Origin: an uncultured Chloroflexia bacterium
GTDB lineage: Bacteria; Chloroflexota; Limnocylindria; Limnocylindrales; CSP1-4
Length of the DNA: 24,105 nucleotides
Direction: 5' to 3'
Assembly: GCA_963828165.1 (NCBI GenBank)
Contig: CAWHDR010000006.1
Span: 1 to 24,105 of the forward strand
The notes under the pieces were generated by a model. The model made no database searches. It had not been told where the DNA came from and worked only from the letters and a program-made list of their open reading frames with translations. The position numbers and the translations under genes are program-made. Position 1 is the first letter of the stretch, and each line of letters begins with the position of its first letter. Of the stretch, positions 9,407 to 18,197 are shown one piece after another.

Positions 9407-10953
9407 ACGTCCGAGTCGGGGAAGCTCGCCTTGCGCTGATCCATCCAGGCCACGAGCTCTTCGTGGACAGCCTCGTCGAGGAGCGGCTCCTCGTACTCTG
9501 CGAGGCGGCGCTTCCAGGCGGCGTTGGCACGCTGCGCAGCATCGTGGCCGCCGTTCAGCTCCCACTGCTCGAAGCTGTTGTTGTCCGACAGCTCCGAACG
9601 CCAGAACGCGTTCTCGAAGTTGGCGAGGGTATGCGGCGAGCCCAGGAAATGCTGGCCCGGGCCGCCGTCGAGCATCGCCTGCAGCGCAAGGCCGTTCTCG
9701 GACAGGTCGACGCCGGCGAGATAGGCCCCCGCCATCGAGGCCTGGTCCTCGTCGAGCATGAACTTCTCGTAGCCGATGGCAAGGCCGCCTTCGAGCCAGC
9801 CCGCGGTGTGCAGGTTGAAGTTCACGCCGGCCTGCATCGTGGCCATGAAGCTGATCGCGCTCTCGTAGGCCGCCTGGTAGTCGGGCAGCTTGGAGGCCGT
9901 GAAGTTGCCGCCGCTGCGGAACGGCACGCCCAGCCGGCGAGCGAGGGCGGCCAGCACGAACAGCACGAGCTGGGGCTCCGGGGTCCCGAAGGTGGGCGCG
10001 CCCGTCTGCATCGACATCGACGAGGCGAACGAGCCGAAGATGACCGGCGCCCCGGGTCGCACGATCTGGCAGAACGCCATCCCGGCGAGCGCCTCGGCGA
10101 GGGTCTGGGTCGCGGACGCGGCGACCGTGACCGGGGCCATCGCGCCGCCCAGGATGAACGGGGTGATCAGCATGATCTGGTTGTTCTCGGCATAGACCTT
10201 GGCCGAGCCCAGCATGTTGAAGTCCCACGACATCGGCGAGTTCGCGTTCGCGAGACCCATGATCACGTGCTCGGTCTCGAGGGTCTCCGGTCCGAACGCG
10301 ATCTTGGCCATGTCGACCGAGTCCTGGGCGCGGCTCGGATGCGTGACCGAGCCCATGAACGCCTTGTCCGTGTAGCGGATATGGCTGTAGACCATCTCGA
10401 AGTGGCGCTTGTTGACCGGCAGGTCCGTAGGCTCACAGAGGGTGCCGCCGCCGTGGTGGAGGGTCGTGCTCGTGTAGGCCAGCTTCACGAAGTTGCGGAA
10501 GTCCTCGATCGTCGCGTAGCGCCGCCCGTCGTCGAGGTTGTGGATGAACGGCGAACCGTAGGTCGGCACGAGGACCACGTGCGGGTCGCCGATCACGACG
10601 CTGCGATCGGGGTTCCGGGCACGCTGCGTGAAGGTCCGTGGCGCCGTGGCCTGGACCAGCGAGCGGCACATCCCGCGCTCGAAGCGGACGCGCGAGCCCT
10701 GGACGTCGGCCCCGGCCGTGCGGAAGATCTCGACCGCCTCGGGGTAGTTGACCACCTCGATCCCGACTTCCTGGAGGAGGGTGTCGGCGTTGTGCTCGAT
10801 CGCCTCGAGGCCCTCGGCGGAGACCACCTCGACCGGTGGCAGCCTGCGGGTCAGGTAGGGCAGGTGCTCCATCGACCGCGCGAGGCGCTCGGCTTGTCGG
10901 GCCGTCCGGCCCCGGCGGCCGGTGCGCGGTTCGGGCGCCTCCGTGGTGGTCAT
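9403..10953 (-). CDS. Trimethylamine methyltransferase (MttB) superfamily protein, non-pyrrolysine (MtgB-like clade)
   Basis: Family-typical segments LQEVGIEV, APRTFTQRARNP, RRYATIEDF, CEPTDLP, NANSPMSWD, GAMAPVT, MQTGAPTFGTPE, ASKLPDYQAAYES, HTAGWLEGGL, GPGQHFLG; no in-frame UAG. Confidence 0.92.
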   Translation of the reverse strand: MTTTEAPEPRTGRRGRTARQAERLARSMEHLPYLTRRLPPVEVVSAEGLEAIEHNADTLLQEVGIEVVNYPEAVEIFRTAGADVQGSRVRFERGMCRSLVQATAPRTFTQRARNPDRSVVIGDPHVVLVPTYGSPFIHNLDDGRRYATIEDFRNFVKLAYTSTTLHHGGGTLCEPTDLPVNKRHFEMVYSHIRYTDKAFMGSVTHPSRAQDSVDMAKIAFGPETLETEHVIMGLANANSPMSWDFNMLGSAKVYAENNQIMLITPFILGGAMAPVTVAASATQTLAEALAGMAFCQIVRPGAPVIFGSFASSMSMQTGAPTFGTPEPQLVLFVLAALARRLGVPFRSGGNFTASKLPDYQAAYESAISFMATMQAGVNFNLHTAGWLEGGLAIGYEKFMLDEDQASMAGAYLAGVDLSENGLALQAMLDGGPGQHFLGSPHTLANFENAFWRSELSDNNSFEQWELNGGHDAAQRANAAWKRRLAEYEEPLLDEAVHEELVAWMDQRKASFPDSDV

Positions 10954-10996
10954 CTCGCGTCACCATACATCGCGTCCGCGCCCGTAGTCGCGTCCC

Positions 10997-12983
10997 TTAC
11001 AGCCGCCGCGCGAGCTCGCGGCCCTCGTAGAACGCCAGGCTCGCGCGACGGGGCGCCACGCAGTCGCCGATCTCGTGGAAGGCGATGCCCGCAGCGGTCA
11101 GGTCATTCGCCAGCGAAGTCTCCGCGACCGGGGTCTCGGCGATGACCAGCGTGTCCGCGGCGAGGCGTTCGGTGGTGCCGGTGAGCGTCGAGCGGAGCGT
11201 CGCCCCGTCCTCGTCCCAGGCGAGGACCACGGTCTGGGGTCGCATCGTGCCGCCAGCGGCCGAGAACCGGCCCCGGAGCGGGACGTCCGCCGCGCTATGG
11301 AACAGACCGCCACCGACCACCCCGGCCGGGGTGACGACCGTGACCTCATGGCCGGCCTCGGCGAGGTGCAAGGCCGTTCCCAGCCCGCGCCAGTCCCCGA
11401 GGTCGTCGAGGAGGAGCACCCGGGCGCCCAGATCCGCCCCGCCAACGAGCACGTCGTGGATCGACACCGCGTCGGGGCGTTCCGCGCCGGGCAGACGATC
11501 GACGGTGGGGAGCGCCCGCTGGAACCCGGTCTGCGGCGGCCGCGCTCCGGTGGCGAGCACGACCTCGTCCGCACGCACGGCGGCGACCTCCGCGAGGGTC
11601 GCGACGGTCCCGAGGGCCACCTCCACGCCCAACTCCTCGAGCCGTCGCCCGTACCACGCCAGCAGGTCGGTGATCTGGCCGCGCGACGGTTGTCGGCCGG
11701 CGAGCCGGAACTGGCCGCCGAGTTCCTCGTCACGCTCGAGCAGCGTGACGCGATGACCTCGCTCCGCGGCGACCCGTGCCGCCTCGAGGCCCGCCGGCCC
11801 GCCGCCGACGACGAGCACGCGGGACGGCGTCACCGCCGGCGTGAATCGATCGCCGCCCCACTCGAACTCGCGACCCGCAGACGGATTCACCAGGCACGAG
11901 ATCCAGTAGTCGCGTGAGCGGCGGCCCCAGCACATCTGGTTGCACGAGATGCACGGACGCACGTCGGCGGCACGGTCGGCGCGGGCCTTGGCGACCAGGT
12001 GCGGGTCGGCGATCTGGCCGCGCACGATGCTGACCAGGTCGGCATGTCCGGCCGCCAGGACCGCCTCGGCTGCCTCGGGGGTGCGGATGTGGCTCTCGGC
12101 CTGCACGAGGGCGTGGATGACGACGCGCTTGAGCTCGGCCGCGAAGGGAACACCGAGCTGCTGCTCGTACAGCGAGACCGGGATGATCGGGTAGAAGTCG
12201 AAGTAGGAGCCCGTGCCGCACGTCACGTAGTCCATCGCGCGTCGCTGGTCGTGCCAGGCGACGATCTCGGCCAGCTCCGCCATGGACAGGGCAGCGGGAC
12301 GACTCCTCGTCCATGCTCACGGCGAGGCCGATGATGAAGTCGTCGCCGCACGCCGCGCGGATGCGGTCGAGGACGGTCGCCGAGAAGCGCATGCGCCCCT
12401 CGAACGAGCCACCCCACGCATCGGTCCGGCGGTTCGACCACGGCGTCCAGAACTGGTCGACCAGAGCGTGGTAGGCGGCGAAGATCTCGACCCCGTCGAA
12501 GCCCGCGTCCTGAGCGCGAAGCGCGCTCGCGACGAAACCCTCGATGACCTCGTGGATCTCGGCCTCGGACATCGCGTGGCTGCCGTCGGCGTCGTGGTAG
12601 GACGGGAGCCCTGACGGTGACCAGTTCGGGGCGAACGAGTTGTCCGCGTCGCCGTGCTGCCCGACGTGGTACAGCTGCTGGATCATCACGACGTCCGGAT
12701 TCGCGTCGCGACAGGCGTCGGTCAGGCGGCGGAAGTGGGGGACGACCGCATCGTCGTCGTGGAGGAAATTGCCGCGGGTCAGGACGGCCGTCCGGTGGAC
12801 CGGGACCGGCTCGACCACGATCATCCCGGCGCCGCCCAGCGCCCGCTCGCGGTAGTAGCCGATATGCCGATCGCCGGGCAGCCCGGCCTCGGCCATGTTC
12901 GCCGTGTGCGCCCCGAACGTGATGCGGCTGGTCAGGGTCTTGTGGCGCAGCGCGACGGGCTCGAACACGTGCGGGAAGGGCAT
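10997..12983 (-). CDS. NADH:flavin oxidoreductase (OYE barrel + 4Fe-4S + FAD/NAD domain; TMADH/DgcA/2,4-dienoyl-CoA reductase architecture); apparent frameshift at ~12299
   Basis: N-half from ATG 12983 (MPFPHVFEP, ERALGGAGMIV, QQLYHVG, AGFDGVEI, NRRTDAWGGS) joins the C-half (PAALSMAELAEI, CISCNQMC-x11-C, GGGPAGLEAA, IGDCVAPR) across a frame change after MDEES. Confidence 0.9.
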
Positions 12984-13003
12984 CGCTCGTGCAGTATGGC
13001 CAG

Positions 13004-13933
13004 ATGGCCGACGCCCCACCGCTCGTCGTGGTCGCGGGTGCGACGGCGACCGGCAAGACCGAGCTCGGGATCCGGCTGGCGGAGGCGTTCATCGCGGAAG
13101 GCCGGCCAGCGACGGTCATCTCGGCCGATTCCCGGCAGGTCTACCGCGGCCTGGACATCGGCACGGCCAAGGTGCGTGCCGCGGACCGGGCGCGCGTTCC
13201 GCACGAGGGACTGGATCTCGTCGATCCGCCGGAGCGGTTCGCGCTGGCCGACTTCGTCGCGCACGCCCGAGCGGTGCTGACCGGGGTGGCCGAGCGCGAC
13301 GGCGTCGCACTGCTCGTCGGCGGCACGGGGCTCTACCTGCGGGCCGTCGCGCGCGGCCTGGACCTCGAAGCGCTGCCGGACGACCCCGCGCTGCGGCAGC
13401 GACTCGAAGGGGAGCTCGCCGCCGACGGGCTGCCTGCGCTCGTGGACCGGCTGACGGTCCTCGCACCCACCCTGGCCGCGCAGACCGACACGGCCAATCC
13501 GCGCCGTGTCCTCCGGGCGTTGGAGATCGCCGAGCTACGCGGTGACGGACCGCGGCCCGCCCCGCTCGGCTACGACGGGCCCGTCGCCTGGATCGGGCTG
13601 ACGGTTGACCGCGCCGAGCACGAGCGCCGGATCGCGGCCCGTGCCCGGGCGCAGTTCGACGACGGGCTCATCGATGAGGCCGTGGCCCTTCGCGAGCGCT
13701 ACGACCCGGACCTGCCGGCCTTCTCGGCGATCGGGTACCACGAGGCCTGGGACGTCGCCGACGGCCGCCGCACCCTCGACGAGGCCGTGACGACCGACGC
13801 CCAGCGCAATGTCGCGTTCGCGAAGCGCCAACGGACGTGGTTCCGGAGCGAGCCCGACGTCCAGTGGCTGGAGGCGACGCTGACGGACCCGTTCGACCGG
13901 GCGCTCGCCGTTGCCCGGACGGCGACCGGCTAG
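13004..13933 (+). CDS. miaA: tRNA dimethylallyltransferase MiaA
   Basis: GATATGKT P-loop, ISADSRQVYRGLDIGTAK, VGGTGLY, AIGY, FAKRQRTWF; start placed at ATG 13004. Confidence 0.96.
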   Translation: MADAPPLVVVAGATATGKTELGIRLAEAFIAEGRPATVISADSRQVYRGLDIGTAKVRAADRARVPHEGLDLVDPPERFALADFVAHARAVLTGVAERDGVALLVGGTGLYLRAVARGLDLEALPDDPALRQRLEGELAADGLPALVDRLTVLAPTLAAQTDTANPRRVLRALEIAELRGDGPRPAPLGYDGPVAWIGLTVDRAEHERRIAARARAQFDDGLIDEAVALRERYDPDLPAFSAIGYHEAWDVADGRRTLDEAVTTDAQRNVAFAKRQRTWFRSEPDVQWLEATLTDPFDRALAVARTATG

Positions 13934-13948
13934 GTCCGCCGCCGATGG

Positions 13949-14548
13949 TCAGCCGTCGGCGAGCGTCGTCTCGTCGATGACTTCGTCCACGCCATCCACG
14001 GCCTCGATGACCGAGGCGATCGTGTCGCTGTCGTCAACGTCGTCGACGATCCCACGTACGACGGCCGTTGAGCCGCGTGTCCCGATGACGAGTCGGTCCG
14101 CATAGCCGCTCGTCGCGGCGTCGGCCTCGAGGGCGTCGCGGATGCGCGCGGTCAGATCCAGCTCACCCGAGTCGTCGATCGCGCCGGCCACCTCGATGCC
14201 TTCGGGGTCCTCGGCGTCGACCCGGAAGGGCGGGTCAGAAGGCGCGACGTAGGCGAGTCCTTCCTCCGTCGCAACGTCCGGGTCATCGGTCTCGCCCTCG
14301 CGCAAGTCGTCGAGCGCCAGCCCGTCGAGGCTCTCGGCATCTCCGTCCTCTACCTCTGGGTCCGGCGAAGGCTCACCCCGGTCGAGCTCGGTCCGGGTCG
14401 GTGTCCGCCGGCTCTCGATCTCATCGGGCTCCAGCACCGCGTCCTGGTCGACGGGCATCTCCTCGCCCTGAAGGCTCTGGATCTCTTCGATGAGGGCGAC
14501 GTCGTCGGGATCGAGCGGCCCTCGCGTTTCACCACGGTCTTCGGACAT
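13949..14548 (-). CDS. Highly acidic protein with C-terminal BON-like domain
   Basis: AGGAGG SD 7 nt before the ATG. The C-terminal ~70 aa ([12 protein letters not shown]...AVVRGIVDD...[13 protein letters not shown]) fits the BON pattern. The N-terminus is D/E-rich with no signal peptide. Confidence 0.75.
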   Translation of the reverse strand: MSEDRGETRGPLDPDDVALIEEIQSLQGEEMPVDQDAVLEPDEIESRRTPTRTELDRGEPSPDPEVEDGDAESLDGLALDDLREGETDDPDVATEEGLAYVAPSDPPFRVDAEDPEGIEVAGAIDDSGELDLTARIRDALEADAATSGYADRLVIGTRGSTAVVRGIVDDVDDSDTIASVIEAVDGVDEVIDETTLADG

Positions 14549-14631
14549 GCGGGCACCTCCTGGGGAGCCCGAGCGTGACCGCCAGGGCGTTGCACGGGCG
14601 TCATCACGCGACCGCGCTATCCTGCACGCGC

Positions 14632-15969
14632 ATGACCTCCCGCCTCATCGATCTCGAAGTGCCGGTCGAAAAGGCCTTCCTCGTGGCCGTCGACACGGGC
14701 TCCGAGGACGGCTGGACGGCCCAGGAATCCCTGTCGGAGCTCGCGAACCTCGCGACCACCGCCGGGGCCGAGGTCGTGGGCGCGGAATGGCAGAACCGCC
14801 GCCACGTCGATCCCAACTGGTATATCGGCAAGGGCAAGGCGGAGGAGCTCGCGGCGGCCAAGCGCGAGACCGGGTTCGATCTCCTGATCACGGACGACGA
14901 GCTGTCGCCGGCCCAACAGCGAGCCCTCGAAGACCTGTTGCGGGTGAAGGTCATCGATCGAAGCCGGCTGATCCTCGACATCTTCGCCCTGCACGCGCAG
15001 ACCCACGAGGGCCGCCTCCAGGTCGAGCTCGCCCAGCTCGAATACCAGCTCCCGCGGCTGACGAAGCTGTGGACCCACCTCTCGCGCACCCAGGGCGGGA
15101 TCGGCTCGCGAGGGCCCGGCGAGAGCCAGCTCGAGACCGACCGGCGGATCATCCGGACCCGGATCTCGAAGATGAAGGAGCGCGTCGAGCAGGTCCGCCA
15201 GCAGCGCTCGACGGCGGCGCGCGGCCGTGACCGGCGCCTGTGGCCGACCGTCGGCATCGTCGGCTACACGAACGCCGGCAAGTCGACGCTGCTGAACACG
15301 CTCGTGGGTTCCGAGGTGGCCAGGGCCGAGGACAAGCTCTTCGCCACGCTCGACCCGACGAGCCGCCAGGTGAAGCTCGGCGAGGGCCAGACCGCGATCG
15401 TCACCGACACCGTGGGGTTCATCCACAAGCTGCCGCACCAGCTGGTCGACGCGTTCCGGGCGACGCTCGAGGAGGTCAACCGGGCGGATGTCCTGGTCGA
15501 GGTCGTTGACGCGTCCGACCCACACGTCAAGGAGCACCGGGCGACGGTCCAGACCGTCCTCGACGAGCTCGGGGCAGGGGAGAAGCCGCGGCTCCTGGCC
15601 TTCAACAAGGCGGACCTCGTGGAACGAGCCGCGCTGGACGGCGGCGCGGTCGCGCCGGCGGTCGCAGGATCGGTGCTGGTATCCGCACTGACTGGCTTCG
15701 GGATGGACACCCTCCGGGCCGAGATCGCAGCGCTGCTCGGAACGTTGTGGGTCGATATCGATGCCGCGTTGCCCTACACGGCCGGGGAGCTGCTCGCCCG
15801 GGTTCGCGAGCGCGGGACCGTGGAGCTCGAGTACGGCGAGCGGGACGTGCGGATCGTCGGTCGGGTGGCGCCGGCACTCGCCAGCGAGCTGGAGGCGGAG
15901 TCGGATCGCTGGGCGCTGGCCGCGACCGAGGCGACGAACGGGACGGGACCGACCGCCGCAGCAGGCTAG
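14632..15969 (+). CDS. hflX: Ribosome-splitting GTPase HflX
   Basis: [33 protein letters not shown]1 [26 protein letters not shown]. Start placed at ATG 14632 (TATCCT 8 nt upstream). Confidence 0.97.
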   Translation: MTSRLIDLEVPVEKAFLVAVDTGSEDGWTAQESLSELANLATTAGAEVVGAEWQNRRHVDPNWYIGKGKAEELAAAKRETGFDLLITDDELSPAQQRALEDLLRVKVIDRSRLILDIFALHAQTHEGRLQVELAQLEYQLPRLTKLWTHLSRTQGGIGSRGPGESQLETDRRIIRTRISKMKERVEQVRQQRSTAARGRDRRLWPTVGIVGYTNAGKSTLLNTLVGSEVARAEDKLFATLDPTSRQVKLGEGQTAIVTDTVGFIHKLPHQLVDAFRATLEEVNRADVLVEVVDASDPHVKEHRATVQTVLDELGAGEKPRLLAFNKADLVERAALDGGAVAPAVAGSVLVSALTGFGMDTLRAEIAALLGTLWVDIDAALPYTAGELLARVRERGTVELEYGERDVRIVGRVAPALASELEAESDRWALAATEATNGTGPTAAAG

Positions 15970-16034
15970 GCCGGGCACGCCCGGGCTCGGCGTCTGACCG
16001 CCACACGAATGGCGCCCGGTACCATCCCGAGGTC

Positions 16035-18197
16035 ATGTCCATCCCAAGCTCGGAACGGCGGCTGTCGCTGGCCCTCGTCGCGGCGTCGGCCATCGTCTTC
16101 GCCGTCGTGCTGGTGCTCGCGCCCCCGTTCGCGGTGACCTTCGACGAGGCCCGCTACGTTGGCGTCGGCTACGGCATGGTCGAGGGGCAGGGGCCGCAGA
16201 CCGTGTTCGGTGGCTACTTCCTGCCGCACGCGCCCGTGTGGTCGACCCTCGTCGTGGCTCCGGCGGTCGCGCTCGGGATCGACCCGCTCGTCGTGGGGCG
16301 GTTCCTCAACGCGCTGAGCGGCGTAGGCCTGCTCCTCGTGAGCGCCGCACTGGGATGGCGGATCCGGCCGGCTGCCGGCGGGCTTGCGGCCATCGCACTC
16401 CTGGCGACGACCTACGTGCACGAGCTGACCCGGACCTCGCGCCTGGACATCCCGTCGGCCATGCTTGCCGTCGCCTTCCTGGCGATGGGCCTCGTTGCCG
16501 TCCGGCGGGGCTCCACCTCGTATGCCATCGCAGCCGGGCTGCTGTTCGGGGTGGCGTTCCTCGTCAAGGAGATCGCCCTGCCGCTCGCACCCGTGCCGAT
16601 CCTTGCGGCCGTGCTGCATCGGCAGCCGTGGCGGCCGATCCTCCGTGCTGCAGGCTGGCTGATCCTGGGTGCGACGGCCGTGGTGGCACCGTGGTTCATC
16701 TTCGTGGCACAGGTGACCGACGAGGTCTACCGCCTGGGGACGCCGGGGTGGACGCTGGCACCCATCGGCGTCGCGTTGCTGGTGTTCGGGCTGGCCGCGG
16801 TGCTCGGGAGCCGGCTCGACCTGCCGAGGGCGGGGGAGCGGCTCGGCGGCCGGCTCGAGGGTCGCCGTCGCACCTGGCTGGTGATCGGCCTCACGATCGC
16901 GTGGGTGACCGGCCTGACGCTGGTCTTCACGGGCACGCTGGCGGGGCGCGGCACCGCGCTGATCGATCTGCCCCAGATCGCCCGGTACGTCCGCGAGTGG
17001 TATCCGATCCTCGTGACGAGCGGGATCGGCGCGGTCGGCCTGCTGCTGTCGATCGTGGCGCGCCGGGACGCGGCGTTGGGCCGGCGCGAAGCCCTGGAAG
17101 ACCTGTGGCTGGCCACGGTCTGTGGCCTGCCGCTCGTGATCCTGGTCATCGGCGTCGGGGAGGCGCCGCGCAACTACCTGGCCCAGCTCGCGATCGGAGC
17201 GGGTATCGCCGCGGCCGGGTGGCTGTGGCTGTTCGAGACGGCCCTCCGCCGCTGGCCCTCGCCGACGATCCTGGCGGTCGGTGCGGTCTTCGGCCCGATC
17301 CTCGGGGCCGCCGTCGCCGACGTCTTCGGGGTACGGATCCGGATCGGCCTGATCGGTGGGCTGGCCGTCGGCGTGATCGCGGCTGGTGCGGTCGCCGCTG
17401 CGCTCCGCGCCGGTCGCCTGGGTCCGCGGACGGACCCGGCCATGCGCGAACGCGCGGTCGCGGCCCTGCTGACCGTCGGCCTGGTGAGCGCCAGCGCCGT
17501 TCTCGTGACCTCGATCGACTTCCGCCGGACCGTCGCCACCAGGGAGGAGGCCGTCGACACCGTCGTGGCGTGGGTGCGGGACAACGCCGAGCAGGGGTCC
17601 ACGATCGCCTTCGGGTCCTACCTCGGCTTCGAGATGGGCCTGCCGCTACGGGACGACTTCAGGCTGCGTCAGGTCCGCCACGTGACCGTCGTGGTCGATG
17701 CCGAAGCGCCGGATGGCGTCACGGTGTTCGATCAGCCGGCGAGCGACGATTGGGTATCGATCGACATCGCGCCGAAGAACGTCAACGAATTCCAGGCGTT
17801 CTCGGCGGGCAAGCTCATCGGGCAATTGCGTGAGAGCGACGCGAGCTACTGGGTCTACACGACGGGTACGTCGACCGCGGCCCCCACGATCATCCCGGCG
17901 ATCGAGGGCGCGCCGGGTTTCGAGGAGGTCGCGCACTGGACCTTCGAACGACCGCGCGGCGCTCCGATCGAGTCATACGTCTTCCGACTGGACCTCGAGG
18001 AGCTCGCCCTCGACGACGCCCGGATCCACGTCGCGCCCGAAGCACTCGAGCGCATCGTGGCCTTCGTCGAACGCGAACAGGCCACAGAGCTGGCCGGCCG
18101 CCTCGTCCCGCAGGTCCAGGCCGAACCCACGACCGCAGCGACCGAAGCCCTCATGGATCGACTGCGCTCGATCGCGGGGGTGGCAGCCGATCCGTGA
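16035..18197 (+). CDS. Polytopic membrane glycosyltransferase, GT-C fold (PMT/ArnT-like) with C-terminal soluble domain
   Basis: First-loop FDEARY acidic motif, HAP, RFLNALSG, SRLD, AFLVKE, followed by many TM helices. Start MSIPSSERR at ATG 16035 has TACCAT 9 nt upstream. Confidence 0.8.
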   Translation: MSIPSSERRLSLALVAASAIVFAVVLVLAPPFAVTFDEARYVGVGYGMVEGQGPQTVFGGYFLPHAPVWSTLVVAPAVALGIDPLVVGRFLNALSGVGLLLVSAALGWRIRPAAGGLAAIALLATTYVHELTRTSRLDIPSAMLAVAFLAMGLVAVRRGSTSYAIAAGLLFGVAFLVKEIALPLAPVPILAAVLHRQPWRPILRAAGWLILGATAVVAPWFIFVAQVTDEVYRLGTPGWTLAPIGVALLVFGLAAVLGSRLDLPRAGERLGGRLEGRRRTWLVIGLTIAWVTGLTLVFTGTLAGRGTALIDLPQIARYVREWYPILVTSGIGAVGLLLSIVARRDAALGRREALEDLWLATVCGLPLVILVIGVGEAPRNYLAQLAIGAGIAAAGWLWLFETALRRWPSPTILAVGAVFGPILGAAVADVFGVRIRIGLIGGLAVGVIAAGAVAAALRAGRLGPRTDPAMRERAVAALLTVGLVSASAVLVTSIDFRRTVATREEAVDTVVAWVRDNAEQGSTIAFGSYLGFEMGLPLRDDFRLRQVRHVTVVVDAEAPDGVTVFDQPASDDWVSIDIAPKNVNEFQAFSAGKLIGQLRESDASYWVYTTGTSTAAPTIIPAIEGAPGFEEVAHWTFERPRGAPIESYVFRLDLEELALDDARIHVAPEALERIVAFVEREQATELAGRLVPQVQAEPTTAATEALMDRLRSIAGVAADP

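Noticed and set aside
9403-10953. Pyrrolysine recoding in the MttB homolog
   Set aside because: No internal UAG; the only TAG is at the normal C-terminus, and there are no pyl genes in the window.
9268-11145. Long alternative-frame and antisense ORFs (e.g. 9268..11145, 8447..10228, 2054..3679, 17698..19602, 19587..21521, 16238..17833)
   Set aside because: Shadow ORFs expected in ~70% GC DNA: Arg/Gly/Pro-rich, without motifs, and overlapping well-supported genes.
3560-13003. Mobile element or integrative island boundaries around the catabolic block
   Set aside because: No integrase, transposase, tRNA, terminal repeats or evident compositional shift were seen.
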